This document shows positions 37,236 to 47,135 of a stretch of DNA of 64,000 bases, in pieces (positions within the stretch are counted from its first letter, which is position 1; the number at the start of each line of letters is the position of its first letter). The position numbers were made by a program, and so were the translations under genes. Source of the stretch: Syntrophales bacterium (GTDB taxonomy: Bacteria > Desulfobacterota > Syntrophia > Syntrophales > PHBD01); the NCBI GenBank assembly GCA_963668175.1, contig OY764159.1, forward strand, positions 1,024,001 through 1,088,000, read 5' to 3'. Under the pieces are notes generated by a model that was given only the letters and a program-made list of their open reading frames with translations, was not told the DNA's origin and made no database searches.

Positions 37236-37401
37236 TCGCAAGGGGGTTTCTGTCGGCGGATTTACGGAAGTCCGGTCCTGCATCATTCCCCTAATGACAG
37301 GTTTGCGGAGATGATTATCCTGTCGAGGGCAGGCCCGGGAAGAACCGGATGCGAACCAGCCTTGGCAGGCGCGCGCCGCCTTTTGAAGATTAAGGTAACG
37401 T

Positions 37402-38748
37402 ATGACACCTGTGCCGCGCCGAAACGGCCTTCTCTCCCGGGAGGCGGCAACCGACCCTCTGCCTCGTCATGTCGAAGCCTTCGCTTATCTGGCCTCGCTG
37501 GACAAAATGGGCATCCGGATGGGGCTGGATGAGGTGCGGCGCCTGCTTGCGAATATGGGCGACCCCCATCTCGCGTATCCGTCCCTCCTCATCGGAGGCA
37601 CCAACGGCAAGGGGTCCATCGCCGCCATGACCGCCGCCGTTCTTCAGAGGAGCGGCCTCAGGACAGGGCTCTACACATCGCCTCACCTGGTGGACTTGAG
37701 CGAAAGAATCCGCGTCGGCCGTAGTCAGATATCGTGCCGGCGGCTGATTGCCGCAATTGGCGAGGTCCGGAAGCGGATGAGCGAGCCTGTAACGTGGTTT
37801 GAATTTGTCACGGTCATGGCCTTTCTCCACTTTGCCGGGGAGCACATCGATATCGCCGTTCTGGAAGTGGGCATGGGAGGGCGTCTCGATGCGACGAACG
37901 TTACCGAACCGGTCGTTTCCGTCATCTCGAACGTCTCCCTTGAGCATCAGTCCTACCTGGGGAACCGCCTGAGTCTGATCGCCGGGGAAAAAGGGGAAAT
38001 TATCCGGCGGAACCGGCCCTGTATCACGGCGGCGACGCAGCCGCAGGTCATCCGGGTCCTGGAAGAACTATGCCGGGAAAGGCGGGTGCCCTTGTACCGG
38101 CTGGGGAAAGATTTCCACGTCCGGAAGAACCCCGACGGGACATTCCAATACCAGGGATTGAACAGAACATATCCCCGCCTCGTCTGTCCGCTTCGCGGAA
38201 ATCATCAATACGCCAACGCCGGCGTCGCCCTGGCCGCCATCGAAGCCTTGACCGATCAGGGGTATAAGATCAGCGATAGAGACATCGAAGAAGGGCTGAA
38301 AGAGACGCGATGGGAAGGCCGCCTGGAAGTGCTCAGTCGTGAGCCGACGGTTCTTCTTGACGGAGCCCACAACCCGGCAGGGATCGCTGCGCTGTGCCGT
38401 ACCTTGCGAAGCGACTTCCATTATCGCAGGCTGATCGTAGTCTTCGGAGTGCTCAGCGACAAGAATGCAGCCCGGATGCTTCCGCCCCTTTCCCGGATTG
38501 CTCACAGACTCTTCCTGACGGAGCCGGACATAGGCAGGGCATTGCCGTCCGAGGACCTTCTGTCTTTGGCCAAACGCTATCATCGCCGCGTCGTCACGAT
38601 CAAGAGCCCCCGCGAGGCCCTCGATGAGGCCCTGAAATCGGCCGGAATAGACGATTTGATATGCATCACGGGCTCCCTGTATCTTGTCGGCGAGATCAAA
38701 AAGGCGTTCCCTTTAACGGGCGATTATGGTAAACGGGTTCAGCGCTGA
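37402..38748 (+). CDS. folC: Folylpolyglutamate synthase / dihydrofolate synthase
   Basis: GTNGKGS, YTSPHL, EVGMGGRLDATN, DGAHN, TGSLYLVG. Confidence 0.95.
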   Translation: MTPVPRRNGLLSREAATDPLPRHVEAFAYLASLDKMGIRMGLDEVRRLLANMGDPHLAYPSLLIGGTNGKGSIAAMTAAVLQRSGLRTGLYTSPHLVDLSERIRVGRSQISCRRLIAAIGEVRKRMSEPVTWFEFVTVMAFLHFAGEHIDIAVLEVGMGGRLDATNVTEPVVSVISNVSLEHQSYLGNRLSLIAGEKGEIIRRNRPCITAATQPQVIRVLEELCRERRVPLYRLGKDFHVRKNPDGTFQYQGLNRTYPRLVCPLRGNHQYANAGVALAAIEALTDQGYKISDRDIEEGLKETRWEGRLEVLSREPTVLLDGAHNPAGIAALCRTLRSDFHYRRLIVVFGVLSDKNAARMLPPLSRIAHRLFLTEPDIGRALPSEDLLSLAKRYHRRVVTIKSPREALDEALKSAGIDDLICITGSLYLVGEIKKAFPLTGDYGKRVQR

Positions 38749-38820
38749 ACCTCGACCTGGCGCAACTCTGAAAGGCTGTTATCACGTCTATCAAGATTAA
38801 GGCTATGCGGTGGAAGGCCT

Positions 38821-41800
38821 ATGACCAGAAAACCGGTTTTACGGCAACTGGGGATGACAATCCTTATGATCCTGGCGATAGTGCCCGTTGCCTTTGCCGG
38901 GGGGCCTGTCCGCGGAGTGCAGTGGCCGGCCGGTGCGTCGGCTGGTCGGGACCAAGGCCGCATCGTCGCCTGCGAACAGCTTAAACAAATCCTCCTCAAA
39001 GATTTAATGGCCGACACATCGGTGCAAAGAACCATAGCTGCGTTCAAGCTTACGGCCCCGCGGTTTATCGCCCTGGCCGCCGGGGCGACGCGATTGGAGG
39101 TCGCCTCCGAAACGTGCCGTGACGGCATCTGCCGCCTCCAGGCGAAACTCAAGGACAGTCCGACGGAAATAGGCAGCCTCGTGGCCGAATTGAGCAAGGA
39201 CGAGCGGCAGTCATCCGTTCTGGAATCAGCCGGAGCCAAGGTTCAACTGCTCCTTCGCGAACTCGAAAAGCTGAAGGTTGCCGCCTCCGCAGCCAAAGGA
39301 AACCTCGACCACAATACCCGATATCATCAAGCCGTCCAGGAACTTGCCGCTATCGATCGTCTGCAAGAAGGCATCATGCTGCTCGCCAGGGGCATGCGCG
39401 GACCGGCCCTGGAATCTTTTTCGCTGGGAATCCAGGCCGATCCGAAACTCGTCCAGGCCTACAAGCAGAGAGGGTATATCCATGGGTCGTTTGGAAACTG
39501 CGAAAAGGCGCTGGAGGATTTCAACAGCGCAGCGGAATTCGCGGCCGCAGATATCGAGGTCTACATGGGGCGGGGAGCGGCCTACGCCTGTTTGCGCGAC
39601 TTCGATAAGGCCGTTTCGGATTACGGACAGGCCGCCGTTCTCGGTCCGACGAACCATGAAGCTTTTTACCAAAGGGCCCTAGCCCTCGCCGCCGGCGGCA
39701 ATCTGACGGCGGCGATCGGCGACTACGACCGGGTCCTGGCGCTGCGTCCAACCCATGCCATGGCCTATTTGCAGAGGGCCGAAACTTACGACGCCATGGG
39801 GGACAGTCGTAAAGCCGTTTCCGATTACACCAAGGCCATAGAATTGAACCTCGCCTTCTCGGCCGTATACGTGAAGCGCGGCGCGGCCTTTTTCAAGTTG
39901 CGTGAATACGGGAAAGCCGTCAAGGATTTCGATGCGGCCGTCGTATTAAATCCTGCTGACTTGAATGCCAACGGTCTTCGGAAAGAAGCCTATGCCGCTC
40001 TGGGGATCAAGGAAACAGCGGACCCGGAGGGAAGACCGGCCGCGGAAGTTACCAGCATCGCTCTTGCGCAAAATATACGTTCCCGCGGAGAGGTTGAAGA
40101 CAGCAAGGCCGAGCGTCGCATGGCGCAGGCGATTGACGCCTCCGCCGCGGGCATGGGAGAAAAACGGGACACCGCAGAGATCATACCGGTGGCGCGACGC
40201 GACGGGCAGGACGGTCAGGCGGGCATAAAGAAGGACGCAGTCGCCGTCGTCCGCGAATCTGAAGATTCGCCCCCGGCCCCGGATAACGCAGGTCGAGAGA
40301 AGGCCCGCCAGGAGGATATCGCGGGGCCGGAGAAGGATACTACGGCAGCATCCGGGACGTCCCCTCCTGTTAGCGAAGAGCGCTCCGCCGGTGAAATCGA
40401 ACCGCCAAAAAGCGCCTTGCCCGTGACCGCTGAGAATGCTGCCGGTATGGAGCCCGGGCGGCCCCTTCTCTCTGAATCCGATGCAAGAAAGAGTTCATCG
40501 GAGGTGCCGCAACCCGAAAGAGATCGCATTTTGTCCCCGACTTTAGCAGCAGGGGAAGCCAGCCGGGGCATTTCCAACGCCGCCGGCCATCCCGGAATCC
40601 AGGCTATTGCCTTAGATGCACGGGAAGCCGGCCCGCGAATGCAGCGGACCGCTTTGATCCTATACGCCCGGTCGGAGACGGGAACATCATATGACGTTCA
40701 GGAAGGTGCGGAGCGAAAATCCCAGAACGAGACGAAATCAGACACCCCGGCTGCGACGGAAACCCCGGATGCACGTCATGACGACATGAATGTGCCGAAA
40801 GATACGCCGCCGGTTGTTTTCGAGGGCATTCTCCAGGACCCTTATGGAAAACCCCTGGTGGGAGCGACGATTGAAAAGGTGGATGATCCGTCGGTCCGTG
40901 CCGTTTCGGAAGCGGGTGGACGATTCAGCCTGCCGGGCCTTGGCGCCGCTTCTGAGTTCGTGCTGAAAGCCGAAATGGCAGGTTATCTTCCCCTGTACAT
41001 TTCAAGTCTTCAGTATCCGCCGGGTGCTGCGGCGACAGTATTCACCCTTTACCCCGCAAGCCCCGCCCCACAGACGGGGAAAGTTCGGCAGCCGGTCAGT
41101 ATCGAAGCAGACCGGTTCCGGTATGACAGGGATACGGATACCTATTTTGCCGAAGGCCATGTCGTTATCTCTTATGCCGAAGGACCGGGAGGTACGCTTA
41201 CCGCTGACGAGGCCAAGCTGAGCAAAGCGAACAACCTGGCCGAAGCGACGGGGCATGTCGTCGTGACAAGCGGCAAGGATTCGATCTACGGCGACCGGAT
41301 CGTCATGAACATCGATACCAAGGAAGGAAGCGTATACAACGGCAGGATGTTCATTTCCCAGAACCACTTCTATGTGAAAGGCGACAGGATCGACAAGACG
41401 GGCGAGGCGACGTATCATATCGAGAACGCGTCCGCAACGACATGCGACGGCGACAATCCCGACTGGAGAATCCTGGGCAAGGAACTCGACGTGACCGTCG
41501 ATGGGTACGGCACCATCAAGCAGAGCCGTTTCCTCGCCAGGGACTTCCCGGTCATTTACGCGCCGTATTTCGTCTTCCCCGCCAAGACGACGCGCCAGTC
41601 CGGGTTCCTTTTTCCCTACATGTCCTATTCCCGGGACAAACTGGGCTTCGATGTGGAACTCCCTTTTTACTGGGCCATTTCCAAGAATATGGATGCGACC
41701 TTCTACCAGCGGAACATGACCCAGAGGGGCTTCAAGGAAGGCATGGAATTCCGATATACATTCAGTCCGGACCACTACGGCACGTTCTATGCCGATTTCC

Positions 41801-43191
41801 TGGACGACAGGAAACGGCTTCTGGAAACGAACGGGTCCATCAGCAGGGACTGGCAGCCGGGAGAAAAGCGATGGTCCGTATACCTGAACCATATCAGCAA
41901 CTTCACCCCCGGCTTCTATCTGCGGAGCGACATCGCCAAAGTATCCGACAACTGGTATTTTAAGGATTTTTCCGATCATAACTACTATTTGAGCAACTAT
42001 TCCACCAACCCTAACGAAAAATACCGGAAAGTCTCTTTCGTAGCGGACGAGTCCATCAATTCGCTCGATTCAACCGTGCGTCTGGTCAAAGACTGGCAGA
42101 CCTTCAATTTGACCGGATTGGTTAAATATACCGACGATTTTACGAAGCAGTCGAACGACACGACCCTGCAAAAATTCCCGGAAGTAACACTGACGGGCAT
42201 CAGGCAACCCCTGCTGGGATCGCGGGTCTATTACGATATGAGCAGCGTCTACGGTTACTACTACCGTGTCCAGGGGCAGAGAGGGCAGAATTTAGACATC
42301 AAACCGAATCTGTCGCTTCCGTTCAACTTGGGTACGGCCCTTCAGGTCACACCCGTTGTCGGTTGGGAAGGGACGTTCTGGGAAAGGGACGACAGCCAGG
42401 TCGATACGGGAACCCGCCGGGGGACCCGCCAGCTGTTCAATATGGGGGGGACCCTGACGACGGAGATGCAGCGGATCTTCAACGTCGGAGGAGAGACGGT
42501 AGATAAAATCCGGCACAGCATCAAACCGGAAGTGACTTATACCTTCATCCCGAATGTGGATCAGACGGATATCCCCGATTATGTGCCCACGGTGGCCGGG
42601 CAGAATGCGGTCACTTACGCTGTGACGAATACAGTGACGGGCAGGCTCAAGGACAAGGCCGGTAACGCCTCCTATAAGGAGTATGCACGCCTGAAGCTGT
42701 TCCAAACCTTCGATATCAGAGAAGCCAGAAGGGACCCGGGGCCTCTCGACAGCAGCCGGAGACCCTTCAGTGATGTCAATCTTGAACTCGATACGAGCCC
42801 TATTCAGTACGTCACCCTCTCCGCCCGCAATAAATTCAGCGTCAACTCCGGCGCCTGGACCCAGACCAACTACGATCTCACGCTGTCCGATCCGCGCGGC
42901 GATACGGCCACGGTCGGATATCGCTATACCCAGAACCTGTTGCGGGAGGTCAACCTGAGCCTGAAAGGCGTCATCACCAAAAATTGGGAAATGACCTATT
43001 TTATCAGGAGGAACGAGGACATACAGAAGAATACGGAAAATACGATCGGGCTCCAGTACCGTCAGCAGTGCTGGAGCGTGAAGGCGAGCTTTACGGACAA
43101 AGTCTCCTATGATGCCGCGGGGTTAGAGCAACCGGACCGATCCTTCACCATCTTCCTTTCCTTCTACGGGCTGGGTGCAGTCGGTCATTGA
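38821..43191 (+). CDS. lptD: LPS assembly protein LptD with a long N-terminal TPR / low-complexity / carboxypeptidase-regulatory-like extension
   Basis: From about aa 758: IEADRFRYD (OstA/LptD_N), TTCDG, RQSGFLFP, C-terminal QCW. About aa 180-395: TPR repeats. N-terminal signal peptide. Confidence 0.85.
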   Translation: MTRKPVLRQLGMTILMILAIVPVAFAGGPVRGVQWPAGASAGRDQGRIVACEQLKQILLKDLMADTSVQRTIAAFKLTAPRFIALAAGATRLEVASETCRDGICRLQAKLKDSPTEIGSLVAELSKDERQSSVLESAGAKVQLLLRELEKLKVAASAAKGNLDHNTRYHQAVQELAAIDRLQEGIMLLARGMRGPALESFSLGIQADPKLVQAYKQRGYIHGSFGNCEKALEDFNSAAEFAAADIEVYMGRGAAYACLRDFDKAVSDYGQAAVLGPTNHEAFYQRALALAAGGNLTAAIGDYDRVLALRPTHAMAYLQRAETYDAMGDSRKAVSDYTKAIELNLAFSAVYVKRGAAFFKLREYGKAVKDFDAAVVLNPADLNANGLRKEAYAALGIKETADPEGRPAAEVTSIALAQNIRSRGEVEDSKAERRMAQAIDASAAGMGEKRDTAEIIPVARRDGQDGQAGIKKDAVAVVRESEDSPPAPDNAGREKARQEDIAGPEKDTTAASGTSPPVSEERSAGEIEPPKSALPVTAENAAGMEPGRPLLSESDARKSSSEVPQPERDRILSPTLAAGEASRGISNAAGHPGIQAIALDAREAGPRMQRTALILYARSETGTSYDVQEGAERKSQNETKSDTPAATETPDARHDDMNVPKDTPPVVFEGILQDPYGKPLVGATIEKVDDPSVRAVSEAGGRFSLPGLGAASEFVLKAEMAGYLPLYISSLQYPPGAAATVFTLYPASPAPQTGKVRQPVSIEADRFRYDRDTDTYFAEGHVVISYAEGPGGTLTADEAKLSKANNLAEATGHVVVTSGKDSIYGDRIVMNIDTKEGSVYNGRMFISQNHFYVKGDRIDKTGEATYHIENASATTCDGDNPDWRILGKELDVTVDGYGTIKQSRFLARDFPVIYAPYFVFPAKTTRQSGFLFPYMSYSRDKLGFDVELPFYWAISKNMDATFYQRNMTQRGFKEGMEFRYTFSPDHYGTFYADFLDDRKRLLETNGSISRDWQPGEKRWSVYLNHISNFTPGFYLRSDIAKVSDNWYFKDFSDHNYYLSNYSTNPNEKYRKVSFVADESINSLDSTVRLVKDWQTFNLTGLVKYTDDFTKQSNDTTLQKFPEVTLTGIRQPLLGSRVYYDMSSVYGYYYRVQGQRGQNLDIKPNLSLPFNLGTALQVTPVVGWEGTFWERDDSQVDTGTRRGTRQLFNMGGTLTTEMQRIFNVGGETVDKIRHSIKPEVTYTFIPNVDQTDIPDYVPTVAGQNAVTYAVTNTVTGRLKDKAGNASYKEYARLKLFQTFDIREARRDPGPLDSSRRPFSDVNLELDTSPIQYVTLSARNKFSVNSGAWTQTNYDLTLSDPRGDTATVGYRYTQNLLREVNLSLKGVITKNWEMTYFIRRNEDIQKNTENTIGLQYRQQCWSVKASFTDKVSYDAAGLEQPDRSFTIFLSFYGLGAVGH

Positions 43192-43210
43192 AAAAAAATG
43201 TCATTTTCCC

Positions 43211-43239
43211 TTGACAAAAAAATGAAAATTGCGTACTTT
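43211..43239 (+). promoter_or_regulatory. Sigma70 promoter of rplM-rpsI
   Basis: TTGACA (43211-43216), 17 bp spacer, TACTTT (43234-43239), GC-rich discriminator. Confidence 0.7.
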
Positions 43240-43273
43240 CCGCCTTCTAATTTAACGTGACTGGTGAATGGTT

Positions 43274-43702
43274 ATGAAAACATACATAGCAAAGAAAGAG
43301 AACGTAACCAGGGACTGGTTTGTCGTCGATGCCGAAGGCAAGGTGCTGGGAAGACTGGCCAGTGAGATTGCCCGGCGGCTCCGGGGCAAGCATAAGCCTG
43401 TTTACACGCCGCATGCCGACGCCGGTGATTTCGTCATCGTCCTTAACGCCGGTAAATTGGTCTTGACGGGCAACAAGCTTACGGACAAGAAGTACTATCA
43501 CCACTCGGGCTATCCGGGCGGGATCAAGGAAACGACCGCCGGCAAGCTCCTTGAGGAGAGGCCGGAAGAGGTTTTGCGCCGCGCCGTCCGTGGCATGCTG
43601 CCGAAAAACACCCTTGGTCGTAAGATGTTGACTAAACTGAAGATTTATTCGGACAGCGCGCACAACCATGAAGCACAGTGTCCGAAAACGCTCGAAATAT
43701 AA
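43274..43702 (+). CDS. rplM: 50S ribosomal protein L13
   Basis: WFVVDA, LGRLAS, GKHKP, GMLPKN. Confidence 0.97.
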   Translation: MKTYIAKKENVTRDWFVVDAEGKVLGRLASEIARRLRGKHKPVYTPHADAGDFVIVLNAGKLVLTGNKLTDKKYYHHSGYPGGIKETTAGKLLEERPEEVLRRAVRGMLPKNTLGRKMLTKLKIYSDSAHNHEAQCPKTLEI

Positions 43703-43725
43703 GATCTGGATCTGGAGAGAATGTT

Positions 43726-44118
43726 ATGGCGGAAAAACGGGTTTATGCAACAGGCAAGAGAAAAGCCGCTGTGGCTCGCGTCTATATGAAGGAAGGCAGT
43801 GGTGTCATTACCGTTAACAAGCGGAATTTCGACGATTATTTCACCCGGGACAGCCTGAAGATGCTTATTAAGCAACCATTCGACATCACGGGGAAAAAGG
43901 ATCAGTTTGATCTGTTTGTCAATGTTTGCGGCGGCGGTATTTCCGGGCAGGCGGGGGCCATCAAGCACGGTATTTCCAAGGCGCTCGTCGAGTACGACCT
44001 GGAGCTTCGGCAACTCCTCAAAAGGGCGGGGTTCCTGAGCAGGGATTCACGCATCAAGGAGCGGAAAAAGTACGGTCAACCAGGCCCCAGGAAACGATTC
44101 CAGTTTTCCAAGAGATAA
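43726..44118 (+). CDS. rpsI: 30S ribosomal protein S9
   Basis: [22 protein letters not shown]. Confidence 0.97.
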   Translation: MAEKRVYATGKRKAAVARVYMKEGSGVITVNKRNFDDYFTRDSLKMLIKQPFDITGKKDQFDLFVNVCGGGISGQAGAIKHGISKALVEYDLELRQLLKRAGFLSRDSRIKERKKYGQPGPRKRFQFSKR

Positions 44119-44127
44119 AATGTCCAT

Positions 44128-44154
44128 GGGGAGCGTTTCGGCTCCCCTTTTTTT
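44128..44154 (+). terminator. Intrinsic terminator after rpsI
   Basis: GGGGAGC-GTTTCG-GCTCCCC-TTTTTTT. Confidence 0.85.
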
Positions 44155-44164
44155 AGGTGTAAAA

Positions 44165-45205
44165 ATGATCAAAATCGGCATTTATGGCGCGAGTGGATAC
44201 ACAGGGCAGGAACTGGTTCGGCTTCTCATTCAGCATCCCGAGGCGAAGATTACGGCCATTACCTCCCGCAGGTATAAAGGGACCCCTCTCGCCGATCTCT
44301 ATCCCGTCTTTACCGGATTGACCGATCTGGCATTCATCGATGCCTCGCCCGAAGATGTCGCCAAGGATGCCGACGTTATCTTCCTGGCGCTTCCCCACGG
44401 GGTATCCATGGAGGCGGTTCCGAAATTCCTTGCGTCGGGCAAGAAAGTCATTGATTTGAGCGCCGACTTTCGACTGAACGACGCCGGCACCTATGAGAAA
44501 TGGTACGGGAAACACACCGCATCTCAAGTCTTAAGCGAGGCCGTCTACGGTATCCCCGAACTGTTCCGGGAAAAGATCGGCCAGTCGTCTTTTGTCGCCA
44601 ATCCCGGATGCTATCCGACGAGTATTATTCTGGGGCTGGCTCCTGTTTTGAAAAACGGGTGCATCGACGTCAAGTCGATCATCGTCGACTCCAAGTCGGG
44701 AGTCAGCGGAGCCGGGCGCGAACCGGCGGTCGGCTCTCTGTTCTGTGAAGTCAGCGACGGTTTCAAGGCCTATAAGGTGGGCGGACAGCATCGCCATACG
44801 CCGGAAATCGAGCAGGGATTGAGCCATTTTGCGGGACAAGAGGTTACCATGACCTTTACGCCTCATCTCATCCCGGCAAGCAGGGGCATCCTGAGTACGA
44901 TCTACGCCACATTGACGAAGGATACGGGAGCGCGGGATCTCGAAAAAATGTACCGGGAATTCTATGCGGGCGAGCCGTTCGTCCGTATATACAAGACAGG
45001 CGCTTTTCCCAACATCTCTTCGGTGAAAGGCTCCAATTTCTGCGATATCGGCATGACCGTCGATAAGCGGACCAACCGCCTGATCGTTGTGTCCGCCATC
45101 GATAATCTCATCAAAGGCGCTTCGGGGCAGGCCATCCAGAACATGAACCTCATGTGCGGCCTGGAGGAAGCGGCCGGCTTGAAAATCATGCCCGTTTTCC
45201 CCTGA
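44165..45205 (+). CDS. argC: N-acetyl-gamma-glutamyl-phosphate reductase
   Basis: GASGYTG, DLSADFRL, ANPGCYPT, DNLIKGASGQA. Confidence 0.96.
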   Translation: MIKIGIYGASGYTGQELVRLLIQHPEAKITAITSRRYKGTPLADLYPVFTGLTDLAFIDASPEDVAKDADVIFLALPHGVSMEAVPKFLASGKKVIDLSADFRLNDAGTYEKWYGKHTASQVLSEAVYGIPELFREKIGQSSFVANPGCYPTSIILGLAPVLKNGCIDVKSIIVDSKSGVSGAGREPAVGSLFCEVSDGFKAYKVGGQHRHTPEIEQGLSHFAGQEVTMTFTPHLIPASRGILSTIYATLTKDTGARDLEKMYREFYAGEPFVRIYKTGAFPNISSVKGSNFCDIGMTVDKRTNRLIVVSAIDNLIKGASGQAIQNMNLMCGLEEAAGLKIMPVFP

Positions 45206-45365
45206 CCGGCCGGTTCGCGGCAAAGCCCGGTGTCGCTTTTTCACTGATCCATCACGATTACGTCGATTTCATGCAGGCAAACAGAGGGACGGATACGGCG
45301 GATAGGTTTGCCTTGTTAAGAACAGGCAGTCTGTTGCGTTGTGACTCAGGATCGAGGGGTTGGGT

Positions 45366-46055
45366 TTATTCTTCCGCGGCGGCGCATTCGCCGTGCAAGG
45401 CCTTTTCCAAGCCGGTGACGTAGTCGCGGATTCTCGTCTTGACGTCGTCATCCACATCCTGAAACTTCATGCCTAAGGAGATGATCTTGCCGTTGCGTTC
45501 TATATTTCTCGGCAGCCCGTATATCTTCAACTCTTTTTCCAGGCCGGGCATGAGCAGGTTTAACAGAACGTTCCCCGTGATATCGTCGGGGAATGTCTCC
45601 GCTCCCACTCCACTGGTGGAAAATCTGCACCCCAATTCACTCAAGTCGATGACGATTCCCGGATAGTCTTTTTCATTGATCGCCATCCTGGCCGGCAGGA
45701 AACATTCCAGTCTCCGGCTGTTTCTCAGGTTGTGGCTCGCCATATTGTCCGGATAAGAAACGAACATCAATTTCTCCGGACTGGCCACGGCCTCGATGAG
45801 ATGGGCCTGAAATCCGTAAACGGTACCGCATGCGAGGAAACGTATGACCATTTTCTGCCCGGCAAACGTGTTGGTCCGGATGGAAAAGATATGGCTGGAT
45901 ACAGGGGTCTTGAATATCAGAAAATCGTTTTGCACGGCCCCCACAAAGATGCTGTTGAATCTGTGTTCTATGCTGTCGATCTCTATTTGGACGGGTGTTC
46001 CGACAGATATGGGCAACTTTTCTGCGAGGATGTTTTTGGAGTTGGCAGCTTCCAT
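45366..46055 (-). CDS. PilZ-domain c-di-GMP-binding protein (YcgR/flagellar-brake-like)
   Basis: RxxxR (RNSRR) and DxSxxG (DLSELG) motifs following a YcgR_N-like domain. Confidence 0.85.
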   Translation of the reverse strand: MEAANSKNILAEKLPISVGTPVQIEIDSIEHRFNSIFVGAVQNDFLIFKTPVSSHIFSIRTNTFAGQKMVIRFLACGTVYGFQAHLIEAVASPEKLMFVSYPDNMASHNLRNSRRLECFLPARMAINEKDYPGIVIDLSELGCRFSTSGVGAETFPDDITGNVLLNLLMPGLEKELKIYGLPRNIERNGKIISLGMKFQDVDDDVKTRIRDYVTGLEKALHGECAAAEE

Positions 46056-46560
46056 CTACGACCTTCTGCGCGATAAGGAATACTACCAGGACGTATAGTT
46101 GAGGGCGTTGTAGAAGTCAAGATATAGATAGAAAGTCCGGCCAAAACCCCGCCCGCAGAACGGTCAGGTCTTGCCGGTTCCCAGAGTGGGCAAATGCGTT
46201 GTAAAATCAAAATCTTTTAATGCACTCTTCGGTTTATGAGACAATTGCAGGACCTTGATGCCGCCTGTTCGAAAACGCCATGAACGGATTTGCCGCACCG
46301 TCCTTCGGTGTATTGCCAAACAGGAATATGTGAATAAATTAATATAAGTGGTCTGGAGGATCATCCTCATGCGGGCAGGCATCGCGGGCGATCCTTGTCC
46401 GGGAAGGGTACGCTGCGGAGAATAAGTATTTTCTCCCGGCACCTCTTCTGTTATAGGTTAAACGTACCGGTGTTCGGGAGACCGAGGCCGTTGATCATGT
46501 TCGTGGAAAATGTCCGGCGTCGATGATTGGCAACTAAGGTATCCGGGGAAGAATTTTACG

Positions 46561-47067
46561 ATGGACGAGGAAGTAACCAGGATCAGGATAGGCGGTAAGC
46601 TTGTAGGCATTTCAGGACTGGACGCAGCCATAAGAGAGACGGCGGAAAAGTTCGGCGACAAGTCCGATGATAAGATCAAAGAGGTCCTGTTCGAGCGTCT
46701 GGCAAACCGGAATTATATTCCCCCGCGGACAGCGGATGCGTACAACAGGGCATTCTGGGACGCATACCGTATATATCGGGGTGAGCTTACGGAAGAAGGC
46801 GCGGTAGACGGGATTCGTGTCGCCGTACTGGGGCCGGGCTGCGCCCAGTGCAGTCAACTGGAGATCGACGTGCGCGAGGTCATGGCGGAAATGCGTCTGG
46901 CCGGCGAGCTCCTGCATGTCACGGACTTTCGTGAGATTGCCCGGTACGGGGTCATGGGGGTTCCGGCCCTCGTGATCAACGAGAAAGTCTATGCAACCGG
47001 AACGACGCCGCATCGTGCCGAGATTAGGGCATGGTTAAGCGCGGTCCGGGCTAATTACGGAAAATAA
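46561..47067 (+). CDS. Small redox-active disulfide protein (MTH895/Thioredoxin_3-like) with N-terminal extension
   Basis: VLGPGCAQC, YGVMGVPALVINEKV. Start 46561 preferred over 46510. Confidence 0.8.
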   Translation: MDEEVTRIRIGGKLVGISGLDAAIRETAEKFGDKSDDKIKEVLFERLANRNYIPPRTADAYNRAFWDAYRIYRGELTEEGAVDGIRVAVLGPGCAQCSQLEIDVREVMAEMRLAGELLHVTDFREIARYGVMGVPALVINEKVYATGTTPHRAEIRAWLSAVRANYGK

Positions 47068-47135
47068 TGAGGATGTCCCGGAAATGATGCAGCCTGTTCG
47101 TTTCACCGGGCCGTAGGATAAGGGTTTATCACAAC

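Noticed and set aside
37440..37453. 14-bp exact copy (GGAGGCGGCAACCG) of the tRNA-Cys 3' end at 53320-53333, resembling an att site
   Set aside because: The 16 kb between the copies holds core genes (folC, lptD, rplM, rpsI, argC, trxA) and no integrase. Probably chance in GC-rich DNA.
46328..46345. Rex/CRP-like site ATGTGAATAAATTAATAT
   Set aside because: Only the left half-site is good (12/18 palindromic) in an AT-rich patch.
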